Part shown: in pieces, positions 56,297 to 64,000 of the stretch | How positions within the stretch are numbered: the first letter of the stretch is position 1 | Layout: every line of letters starts with the position of its first letter | Assembly (NCBI GenBank): GCA_032654565.1 | Contig: JAULAX010000010.1 | Location: 96,001-160,000, forward strand | Reading direction: 5' to 3' | Length of the DNA stretch: 64,000 nucleotides | Source: Anaeromyxobacteraceae bacterium | Lineage (GTDB): Bacteria > Myxococcota > Myxococcia > Myxococcales > Anaeromyxobacteraceae | Program-made: the position numbers and the translations under genes | Notes under the pieces: model-generated | The model's database searches: none | Seen by the model: only the letters and a program-made list of their open reading frames with translations | What the model was told of the DNA's origin: nothing

Positions 56297-56785
56297 CTAC
56301 CCCTTCTTCCGGAGCGGGCAGAGGGCGATGGCGCCGTTGGGATCGACGGCGTCGCCCCCCTCGACGATCTTCACCACCGTGCCGTCCTGGTCGATGACCA
56401 CGTTGGAGCGGCTGGCGTAGCCGACCACCGGCATGGTGCCGGTGTACTTCCCGGCCACCGCGCCGCCCTGGTCGGAGAGCAGCGGGTAGGGGAGCTTGTA
56501 CTCGGCCTTGAACTTCCTCTGCGTCTCCACGTCATCGGTGGAGATGCCCAACACCTGGGCCCCCTTCTTCTCCACCTCGGCGTACTTGTCGCGGAAGTTG
56601 GAGTTCTGCTTGGTGCAGCCGGAGGTGAAGGCCTTCGGGTAGAAGGCCAGGATCACCGGCCCCTGGGCCAGCAGCTTGGAGAGGGTGACCGGCTTCCCCT
56701 CGGTGTCGGGGAGGGTGAAGTCGGGGGCCTTGTCGCCGGCCTTGAGGCCGGCGGCGAGCACGAGGGCGAGGATGGTGGTGGTCAT
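56297..56785 (-). CDS. Peroxiredoxin (BCP/PrxQ-like)
   Basis: [19 protein letters not shown]. Confidence 0.88.
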   Translation of the reverse strand: MTTTILALVLAAGLKAGDKAPDFTLPDTEGKPVTLSKLLAQGPVILAFYPKAFTSGCTKQNSNFRDKYAEVEKKGAQVLGISTDDVETQRKFKAEYKLPYPLLSDQGGAVAGKYTGTMPVVGYASRSNVVIDQDGTVVKIVEGGDAVDPNGAIALCPLRKKG

Positions 56786-56909
56786 CCCGACCGCTTAGCG
56801 GCGCCCCGCCCCCCGGGCAAGCAGATCGGCGGGGCCTCCCCCGATGGTGACGCTGGCCTGCGGCGCGGCGCTGGCCTAGGCTTTCCGCCACGTCGACCGG
56901 GAGGTCCGC

Positions 56910-57938
56910 ATGAAGGCCGCAGCGATGCGCGCGCACGGTGGTCCCGAGGTGGTGGAGCTGCTCGACCTGCCCGAGCCGGTGGCCGGTCCGGGGGAGGCGG
57001 TGGTGGCGGTCAAGGCCGCCGCCCTCAACCACCTCGACATCTGGGTCCGCAAGGGCTGGCCCGGGCTGAAGCTGGCCTTCCCGCACGTCTTCGGCTCGGA
57101 CGTGGCCGGCGTGGTCGAGGCGGTCGGCGCCGGCGTCACCGGCTGGAAGGCCGGCGACGAGGTGGTGGTCAACCCCTCGCTCGGCTGCACCCGCTGCGAG
57201 CGCTGCCTCTCCGGGCGCGAGAACCTCTGCCGCCACTTCGCCATCCTCGGCGAGCACGTCTCCGGCGGGCAGGCGCAGAAGCTGGCGGTGCCGGCCCGCA
57301 ACCTCTGTGCGAAGCCGAAGAACCTCTCCTTCGAGGAGGCGGCCGCGGTGCCGCTCACCTTCATGACCGCCTGGCACGCGGTGGCGGTGCGGGCGGCGCT
57401 CCGCCCCGGCGAGACCATCCTGGTGCACGCCGCCGGCTCCGGCGTCGGCGTGGCGGCGGTGCAGATCGCCCGGCTGCTCGGCGCCCGGGTCATCGCCACA
57501 GCCGGCTCCGACGCCAAGCTCGAGAAGGCCCGGGCGCTCGGCGCCGACGAGGTCATCAACTACGAGACCCAGGACTTCCTCGCCGAGGTGAAGAAGCTCA
57601 CCGGCAAGCAGGGGGTGGACGTGGTCTTCGAGCACGTCGGCAAGACCACCTGGGAGAAGAGCCTGCTCAGCGCCGGCATCGGCGGCCGGATCGTCACGGT
57701 GGGAGCCACCACCGGCTTCGACCCGCTCACCGACCTGCGCCACGTCTTCTTCCGGCAGCTCAGCATCCTCGGCTCGACCATGGGGACCGCCGCCGACCTG
57801 CTCCAGGTGCTGCAGTTCGTCGGGCAGGGGAAGCTCAAGCCGGTGGTGGCGCAGGTGCTGCCGCTCGCCGAGGCGCGCCGGGCCCAGGCCCTGCTGGCCG
57901 ACCGGGCCCTCTTCGGCAAGGTGGTGCTGGTCCCCTGA
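56910..57938 (+). CDS. Zn-binding alcohol dehydrogenase family protein
   Basis: ALNHLD, CTRCERC..C structural Zn site, AAGSGVG. Confidence 0.88.
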   Translation: MKAAAMRAHGGPEVVELLDLPEPVAGPGEAVVAVKAAALNHLDIWVRKGWPGLKLAFPHVFGSDVAGVVEAVGAGVTGWKAGDEVVVNPSLGCTRCERCLSGRENLCRHFAILGEHVSGGQAQKLAVPARNLCAKPKNLSFEEAAAVPLTFMTAWHAVAVRAALRPGETILVHAAGSGVGVAAVQIARLLGARVIATAGSDAKLEKARALGADEVINYETQDFLAEVKKLTGKQGVDVVFEHVGKTTWEKSLLSAGIGGRIVTVGATTGFDPLTDLRHVFFRQLSILGSTMGTAADLLQVLQFVGQGKLKPVVAQVLPLAEARRAQALLADRALFGKVVLVP

Positions 57939-57964
57939 GGCCGGCGCAGTCCGCCTGCCGTCCG

Positions 57965-58933
57965 CTACCGGACCTGGCCGCGCAGCGCCCGCAGCCGGGC
58001 CACCCGCTCCTCGACCGGCGGGTGGGTGGAGAAGAGCGACATCATCCGGGCCCCGGTGCCGCGCAGCGGGTTGACGATGAAGAGGTGGGCGGTGGCCGGG
58101 CCCGCCGAGGCCATGGGGGCGGCGTCGTTCCCCGCCTCCAGCGCCAGCAGCGCGCTGGCCAGCGGCTCGGGGTCGCCCACCAGCGCCGCGCCGGTGGCGT
58201 CGGCCCCGTACTCGCGCGAGCGGGAGATGGCCAGCTGGATCACCAGGGCGATGAGCGGGGCCACGATGGCCCAGGCCAGCAGCTCCAGCAGTCCCGGCCC
58301 GTCGTCGCGGTCGCCGCGGCCGCCGCCCAGGATGGCCCCCCAGCGCAGCACGTAGCCGAGCGAGGAGATCAGGCCGGCGATGGCCCCGGCCATGGTGGCG
58401 ATGAGGATGTCGCGGTTCTGCACGTGGGCCAGCTCGTGGGCCAGCACCCCCTCGAGCTGCCGCCGGTCGAGGACCCGCAGGATCCCCTCGGTGACCGCCA
58501 CCGCGGCGTGGGCCGGGTCGCGGCCGGTGGCGAAGGCGTTGGGGGCGTCGCTGGGGATGACGTAGAGCCGGGGCATGGGGAGCCCGGCCCGGCGGGTCAG
58601 CCGCTCGACGATCTCGTAGACCTCCGGCAGCTGCTCGCGCTCCACCGGGCGGGCGCCGTTCCCCAGCAGCGCCAGCTTGTCGGAGAACCAGTAGGACAGG
58701 AAGTTGAAGACCAGGCCGAGGGCCCCGAAGGCCAGCATGCCCCCGGTGCCGCCCACCGCGGCGCCGCCGATGGCCAGCAGCGCCACCAGGCCGCCCATGA
58801 GCATGGCGGTGCGGGCGTAGTTGCGGCCGGCGCCGTGGGGCGGGACGAAGGCCGGGCCGGGGGACGGGACCGGGGCCGGGCGCAGGGGGGGTGGGGCGGG
58901 ACTCCGGGGGGTTCGGGCGGGGTCGAAGGGCAT
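57965..58933 (-). CDS. htpX: HtpX zinc metalloprotease (M48)
   Basis: PNAFATG, AHELAH, SRSREYGAD, FSTHPP. Confidence 0.9.
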   Translation of the reverse strand: MPFDPARTPRSPAPPPLRPAPVPSPGPAFVPPHGAGRNYARTAMLMGGLVALLAIGGAAVGGTGGMLAFGALGLVFNFLSYWFSDKLALLGNGARPVEREQLPEVYEIVERLTRRAGLPMPRLYVIPSDAPNAFATGRDPAHAAVAVTEGILRVLDRRQLEGVLAHELAHVQNRDILIATMAGAIAGLISSLGYVLRWGAILGGGRGDRDDGPGLLELLAWAIVAPLIALVIQLAISRSREYGADATGAALVGDPEPLASALLALEAGNDAAPMASAGPATAHLFIVNPLRGTGARMMSLFSTHPPVEERVARLRALRGQVR

Positions 58934-59047
58934 GGTTCCCCTGTAACCACCCCCCGGGAAAGGTCAATCCCGGCGGCCGTTTTGTCGCGCCCTCCGGCCT
59001 CGCGTGCTAGACCGGAAGCGGGCGATATCGCGAGGGATTAACCGACC

Positions 59048-61126
59048 ATGGCGGCGACGAAAGCGGCGGCGGCGAAGGGGAAGCAGCAGGGTCCGGCCCG
59101 GGCGGAGCGGCAGCTGTCGCTGCTCGACACGGCGCCGGCCAAGGCGCCGGCGCGGCCGGGCCGGGTGTCGCCGAAGCCGGCCGGAAAGCCGCCGGCCGGC
59201 AAGGCCGCCAGGGCCAGGGCCCCGGTGGAGCGGCAGGCGGCGCTGGTCGAGCTCGAGCCGGTGGAGTCCGCCGAGGCGCCGGAGCCGTCCGAGCGCAAGC
59301 CGAAGCGGCGGGCCACCGCCGAGCAGATGGCCACCCAGCAGCGCGAGATCTCCATCTCCGAGTTCTTCACCAAGAACCGCCACCTGCTCGGCTTCGACAA
59401 CCCCTCCAAGGCCCTGCTCACCACCATCAAGGAGGCGGTCGACAACTCGCTCGACGCCTGCGAGGAGGCCGGCATCCTCCCCGAGCTGACCATCGAGGTC
59501 CGCGACCTCGGGCTCGACGCCCGGGGCGAGGGGGAGCTGACCAAGGGTGAAGGTCGCTTCGTGGTGGTGGTGGAGGACAACGGCCCGGGCATCGTCAAGG
59601 CCCAGGTCCCCAAGATCTTCGGCAAGCTGCTCTACGGCTCCAAGTTCCACCGGCTCAAGCAGTCGCGCGGCCAGCAGGGGATCGGCATCTCGGCGGCGGC
59701 CATGTACGGCCAGCTCACCACCGGCCAGCCCATCCGCATCACCTCGCGCACCGGCAAGGGCAAGCCGGCCCACTTCTTCGAGATCCAGATCGACACCCGC
59801 AAGAACAACCCGGTGGTCACCCGCGACGACCAGCTCGCCGACTGGCACCAGGCCCACGGCACCCGGGTGGAGCTGGAGATCGTCGCCGACTGGCGCACCG
59901 GGCAGCGCTTCGTCAACCGCTACGTCGAGCACACCGCGCTGGCCAACCCCCACGCCACGGTCCACTACGTCAGGCCGAAGCAGTCGAGGCTCACCTTCCC
60001 GCGCTCCACCGAGGAGCTCCCCAAGGAGGCCCTGGAGATCAAGCCGCACCCCCACGGCGTCGAGCTGGGCGCGCTGATGCTGATGGCGGCCGAGTCGAAG
60101 AGCCACGACGTCAAGGGGTTCCTGCAGACCGCCTTCAGCCGGGTCTCGCCGCCGGTGGCCGGGGCCATCCTCAAGGCCGCCGGGCTGAGGGACCGGCTGC
60201 GCCCGCGCGAGATCGGCGCCGACCGGCAGCTGGCGGCCCGGCTCCACAAGGCGCTGCAGGAGACCAGGATCATGGCGCCGCCCACCAACTGCCTCTCGCC
60301 CATCGGCGACGAGCTGATGCGGCGCGGGCTGGTGAGCTTCCTCTCGGTGATCGAGCGCGAGGGGCCGGAGGTCGACGAGCCCCAGCTGGACCTGGCGCCG
60401 GTGAAGGGCCGGGCCGGGAAGAAGGGCACAGCCGCCCCGCCGCCCCCGCCCGCGGTGACGCCCGGCGAGGAGGGGGTGGAGCGGATCAAGGGGCACGACT
60501 ACTTCATCGCCACCGTGACCCGGCCGCCCAAGGTCTACCGCGGCAACCCCTTCCAGGTGGAGGTGGGGCTGGCCTTCGGCGGCTCCTGGCCCGCCGACAA
60601 GACCATCGAGCTCTTCCGCTTCGCCAACCGGGTGCCGCTGCTCTTCCAGCGCAGCGCCTGCGGCATGACCGAGTCGATCGTCAAGACCGACTGGCGCAAC
60701 TACATGCTCAGCCAGCCCAAGGGCTCGCTGCCGGTGGGGCCCATGGCCCTGCTGGTCCACATCGCCTCGGTCTGGGTGCCGTTCACCAGCGAGGCCAAGG
60801 AGGCGCTGGCCCACTACCCGGAGATCATCCGGGAGATCCAGCTGGCGGCCCAGGAGTGCGGGCGCAAGCTGGCCACCTTCATCCGCAAGAAGCAGCAGGC
60901 CGACTACCAGGCCCAGCGCCGCTCCATCTTCGAGCTCTACATCGAGGAGGTGGCCGACGCCATCCACCGCATCACCGGGAACAGCCGCGACGCCATCAAG
61001 CGCGACTTCCTGCGGGTGGCCGAGCAGGTGACCGAGGCCGACCTGGCCGCCGAGGACAAGAAGCTGGAAGAGGCCAGCGAGAAGCTCACCAAGCGGCCGC
61101 GGCGCGGCGCAGAGGAGGGGGAGTAG
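59048..61126 (+). CDS. top6B: DNA topoisomerase VI subunit B
   Basis: EISISEFF.KN, KEAVDNSLDA, DNGPGI, SRGQQGIGIS, RFANRVPL, VPFTSEAKE. Confidence 0.93.
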   Translation: MAATKAAAAKGKQQGPARAERQLSLLDTAPAKAPARPGRVSPKPAGKPPAGKAARARAPVERQAALVELEPVESAEAPEPSERKPKRRATAEQMATQQREISISEFFTKNRHLLGFDNPSKALLTTIKEAVDNSLDACEEAGILPELTIEVRDLGLDARGEGELTKGEGRFVVVVEDNGPGIVKAQVPKIFGKLLYGSKFHRLKQSRGQQGIGISAAAMYGQLTTGQPIRITSRTGKGKPAHFFEIQIDTRKNNPVVTRDDQLADWHQAHGTRVELEIVADWRTGQRFVNRYVEHTALANPHATVHYVRPKQSRLTFPRSTEELPKEALEIKPHPHGVELGALMLMAAESKSHDVKGFLQTAFSRVSPPVAGAILKAAGLRDRLRPREIGADRQLAARLHKALQETRIMAPPTNCLSPIGDELMRRGLVSFLSVIEREGPEVDEPQLDLAPVKGRAGKKGTAAPPPPPAVTPGEEGVERIKGHDYFIATVTRPPKVYRGNPFQVEVGLAFGGSWPADKTIELFRFANRVPLLFQRSACGMTESIVKTDWRNYMLSQPKGSLPVGPMALLVHIASVWVPFTSEAKEALAHYPEIIREIQLAAQECGRKLATFIRKKQQADYQAQRRSIFELYIEEVADAIHRITGNSRDAIKRDFLRVAEQVTEADLAAEDKKLEEASEKLTKRPRRGAEEGE

Positions 61127-61128
61127 CC

Positions 61129-62232
61129 ATGGCGCGCCTGGACGCGGTCTCCAAGAAGACGGTGGGCAAGATCGAGCGGCTGGCCGAGAGCGTGATCAAG
61201 GCGGTCAAGGGGCGGAAGAACCCCTTCGTCGAGATCCCCATCCGCTCGCTGGCCAACGTCCACTTCGACAAGAAGAAGGGGGTGGTGCAGCTCGGGTCCC
61301 AGAAGCAGAAGCGCTACTTCTTCAACGTCTCGATGGCCAAGAAGTTCATGCAGACCTTCCTGGTCTCCGACGCCTGCAAGGAGCTGGTGGAGAGCGGCAA
61401 GACCACCAGCATCCGCGACCTCTACTACATCACCAAGCACACCATCGGCGACTCGAAGCAGAACACCTTCGAGGAGCAGGACGAGTCCGACCCCATCATC
61501 GAGGACCTCGAGGTCTCGCTCGACGCCCTGCGCGAGGAGCTGCACCTCTTCGCCTCCCGCAAGGGCTCGATGGTCGGCCCGGTCACCATCCGCGACACCG
61601 GCGACACCATCGATCTCAGGCGCATGGGCTCGGGCGGCTGGGCGGTGCCGTCGATCGTCGAGGAGAACGTCGTCCAGTTCGGCAAGCACGAGGCCAGGTA
61701 CATCCTGCTCATCGAGAAGGACGCCGTCTGGAGCCGCTTCAACGAGGACAAGTTCTGGAAGCGGGAGAAGTGCATCATCATCCAGGGCGGGGGCCAGCCG
61801 CCGCGCGGGGTGCGGCGCATGGTGCAGCGGCTCCACGCCGAGCTGCGCCTGCCGGTCTACGTGCTGGTCGACAACGATCCCTGGGGCTTCTACATCTACT
61901 CGGTGATGAAGCAGGGCTCCATCAACCTGGCCTACGAGTCGATGCGCATGGCGGTGCCGTCGGCCCGCTTCGTGGGGCTCTCCAGCTTCGACAAGGACAA
62001 GTACAAGCTGCCCATGAACGTGGCCATCAAGATGGACGACGGCGACGTGGCCCGGGCCAAGCAGATGCTGGCCTACCCCTGGTTCGCCGACAAACGCTGG
62101 CAGCGGGAGATCCAGGAGATGGTCCGCTCCGGGGTGAAGTTCGAGCTGGAGGCCCTCTCCCGGAGGGGCATCAGCTTCATCACCGAGGAGTACCTGCCGA
62201 AGAAGCTTCGCGACAAGGACTGGCTGGAGTAG
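61129..62232 (+). CDS. top6A: DNA topoisomerase VI subunit A
   Basis: SIRDLYY (catalytic Tyr), EQDESD..IEDLE, TOPRIM IEKD and DNDPWG, KFELEAL. Confidence 0.93.
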   Translation: MARLDAVSKKTVGKIERLAESVIKAVKGRKNPFVEIPIRSLANVHFDKKKGVVQLGSQKQKRYFFNVSMAKKFMQTFLVSDACKELVESGKTTSIRDLYYITKHTIGDSKQNTFEEQDESDPIIEDLEVSLDALREELHLFASRKGSMVGPVTIRDTGDTIDLRRMGSGGWAVPSIVEENVVQFGKHEARYILLIEKDAVWSRFNEDKFWKREKCIIIQGGGQPPRGVRRMVQRLHAELRLPVYVLVDNDPWGFYIYSVMKQGSINLAYESMRMAVPSARFVGLSSFDKDKYKLPMNVAIKMDDGDVARAKQMLAYPWFADKRWQREIQEMVRSGVKFELEALSRRGISFITEEYLPKKLRDKDWLE

Positions 62233-62267
62233 TCTCCGGCCGCTTTTCAACCACCCAAGGAGACCGC

Positions 62268-62399
62268 ATGGCCGCCATCAAGGGCAACCGATCGAAGCGC
62301 AGCGCCTCGCACCGCAGCAAGCCGAAGCGCGCCCAGGTGAAGCGCAAGCGCGCGCTCTCCATCAAGCGCAAGCGCCGCGCCAAGAAGGGTCCCCGCTAG
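62268..62399 (+). CDS. 43-aa highly basic protein
   Basis: AAGGAG RBS; MAAIKGNRSKRSASHRSKPKRAQVKRKRALSIKRKRRAKKGPR; GC3-rich codons. Confidence 0.7.
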   Translation: MAAIKGNRSKRSASHRSKPKRAQVKRKRALSIKRKRRAKKGPR

Positions 62400-62400
62400 T

Positions 62401-63105
62401 CTAGACCGGGGAGGCGACACCCCGCTCCGCCTCCAGCGCCGCCTCGGCGTCGGCCTCGGCGTCCTGTTCGACGCCGGTGCCGCCCGGGTAGTGGAGCGCG
62501 AGGCAGAGCGGGCAGTAGGCGAAGCGGGTGTCGGCGCTGGGCTGCAGGAGCAGGGCCACGCTCAGGTCCCACTCGGTCGGCTCCTCGGGCCGCTCGACGC
62601 GCCGGCAGCAGCTGCACTGGACGATCCCCTGCGGGCCGCGCCAGCGCTCCGGCCCCCCCTCCACCGGCGGGTAGACGTCGGCCAGCGGCCGCTCACGCAC
62701 GGTGCGGTGGACGATGGCCAGGCTGGTCACCTCGCCGCCGGGGCCGGCCAGCGGCGTCAGCTCGGTGGCCACCAGCCGCGCCAGCTCCGGGGTGTTCGAC
62801 TCGTTGAGCTGGACCACGGCGCCGTCGGACCCGGCGCCGAGTCGCCGCGCCGCCCGCTCCAGCAGCAGCCGGTGGAGCCGCCGCGGCTCCTCCCCGGAGA
62901 TCTGGTCGAACCAGCGCGTCCCGGTGAGGCCGCGCGCCGTCACCAGGTCGTCGCCGCCGTTGGCCCGGGCGAACCGCTCCCACGCCTCGTTGACGAAGAG
63001 GATGACGCCGCGCCGATCGAGGAGCAGGGCCGGCTCGACTCGCCGGGCCACCAGCCGGATCTCGTCGGCGAAGGGGACCGCGGCGTGGAGGGGACGAGCT
63101 GCCAT
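62401..63105 (-). CDS. PAS-like domain protein with a C-terminal Cys cluster
   Basis: LLDRRGVILFVNEAWERFA (PAS-like); CSCC...YCPLC. Confidence 0.65.
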   Translation of the reverse strand: MAARPLHAAVPFADEIRLVARRVEPALLLDRRGVILFVNEAWERFARANGGDDLVTARGLTGTRWFDQISGEEPRRLHRLLLERAARRLGAGSDGAVVQLNESNTPELARLVATELTPLAGPGGEVTSLAIVHRTVRERPLADVYPPVEGGPERWRGPQGIVQCSCCRRVERPEEPTEWDLSVALLLQPSADTRFAYCPLCLALHYPGGTGVEQDAEADAEAALEAERGVASPV

Positions 63106-63117
63106 GCCCCTGGGTAT

Positions 63118-63133
63118 TGCAGCCGCGATGCCA
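63118..63133 (-). promoter_or_regulatory. Putative sigma54 promoter of the PAS gene
   Basis: TGGCATC-GCGG-CTGCA, 12 nt upstream of the ATG. Confidence 0.4.
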
Positions 63134-63257
63134 GCGCCGGCGCCTTGCAATGTCGAGGGTTTGCTCGCCGCGCCGATGACCCGGGGTGTGCCGCCGGACC
63201 GCTCCGGAGGCCCGATCCGGGGCTGTAGGTTGCGGACCTCCCTCGACCCCGGGCAAC

Positions 63258-63787
63258 ATGACGCGGTGACCGCCCCGCCCCAGCTCGACGCCGGACGCCG
63301 CCTCCCCGCCGCCCGGGCCAGGGACGAGGACGGGGCGGCCGTGCCGCTCCCCGGCCTGGCCGACGACGGCCCGGTGCTGCTCTTCGTCTACAAGGCCGAC
63401 TGCCCCGCCACCGCGCTGGCCGGCCCGGTGCTGCCGCGCTTCGCCCGCCTCCCCGGGTTGGCGCTGGTGGCCATCTCGCAGGACGACGAGGCCGACACCG
63501 CCGGCTTCGCCGAGGCCTGCGGCTGGGCGGGGGCGGTGCGGGTGCTGCGCGACCCCGAGCCGTGGCGCGCCTCCGACGCGCTCGGCGCCCGGGTGACGCC
63601 GACGTGGGTGCTGGTGGAGCGGGGCGGGCGGATCGCCGCGGCGGCGGAGGGGTGGAGTCGCGACGACGTCAACGGGCTGGCGGCGGCGGCGGCGGCGCTG
63701 CTCGGCCTGCCAGCCCTGGCGGTGTCGGTCGAGGGGGGCGCCGAGCCGGCCTGGCGCCCCGGTTGAAGCTCGCGCAACGCGGCGTAG
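63258..63787 (+). CDS. Thioredoxin-fold redoxin, probable selenoprotein (UGA at 63764-63766)
   Basis: FVYKADCPAT, ISQD, VTPTWVLV; WRPG-TGA-SSRNAA-TAG with a hairpin after the TGA. Start is approximate (GTG near 63266). Confidence 0.7.
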
Positions 63788-63797
63788 GTGACGCCGC
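63779..63797 (+). promoter_or_regulatory. Putative bacterial SECIS hairpin
   Basis: gcggcgt-AGGTG-acgccgc: 7-bp stem starting 12 nt after the TGA, with G in the loop. Confidence 0.6.
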
Positions 63798-63828
63798 ACC
63801 GGACCACCAGCCAGGCGAAGGGCGAGGG

Positions 63829-64000
63829 CTACAGGCTCGCCTGGAGCGCCAGCCGCCGGGTGGCGCGCGGGGCGCCGAAGTACGGGGCGCAGCGCTCCAG
63901 GAAGCCGGAGAGCGAGGCCAGCTCGCCCGGGGAGAGGCGGGTCGCCAGCAGCCCCGGCAGCCGCGCCTGCGCCGAGGCGGCGCTCTCCTCGTAGCCGTCG
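63829..64000 (-). CDS. 3' end of a hypothetical protein (truncated by the window)
   Basis: Open frame DGYEESAA...LALQASL-TAG with host-like codon usage. Confidence 0.5.
   Translation of the reverse strand, partial: DGYEESAASAQARLPGLLATRLSPGELASLSGFLERCAPYFGAPRATRRLALQASL

Noticed and set aside
56270..56300. Second RPG-TGA ending (ygfZ) as a Sec site
   Set aside because: The protein is complete at that point, a convergent gene follows immediately, and there is no comparable hairpin.

Overview
High-GC myxobacterial DNA, most likely Anaeromyxobacter-like: it has a CarD with a histone H1-like tail next to carG, topoisomerase VI A/B and a tmRNA with tag ANEPMALAA. Housekeeping or recognisable genes include cls, an OmpA/Pal lipoprotein, VKOR-DsbA, ferredoxin, an acyl-CoA carboxylase pair, queG, ygfZ, htpX, top6B/A and ssrA. 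The strongest candidate for an undescribed system is a six-gene operon at 21354-28112 (-). It encodes a stand-alone PqqD/RRE protein, an ATP-grasp ligase, a LysA-like PLP decarboxylase whose N-terminus resembles a RiPP leader motif (YERPTF), a urea-transporter/M23-peptidase fusion and two exported TPR proteins. It sits back-to-back with an ECF sigma/anti-sigma operon. Other highlights: (1) a RAYT-type HUH transposase flanked by a non-palindromic AAYTACTCTGGGAYGG repeat that recurs elsewhere in the window; (2) a probable selenoprotein (RPG-UGA-SSRN followed by a SECIS-like hairpin); (3) an ECF sigma with a duplicated sigma4 domain, coupled to a Ser/Thr kinase. All calls come from reading motifs by eye; no searches were run.
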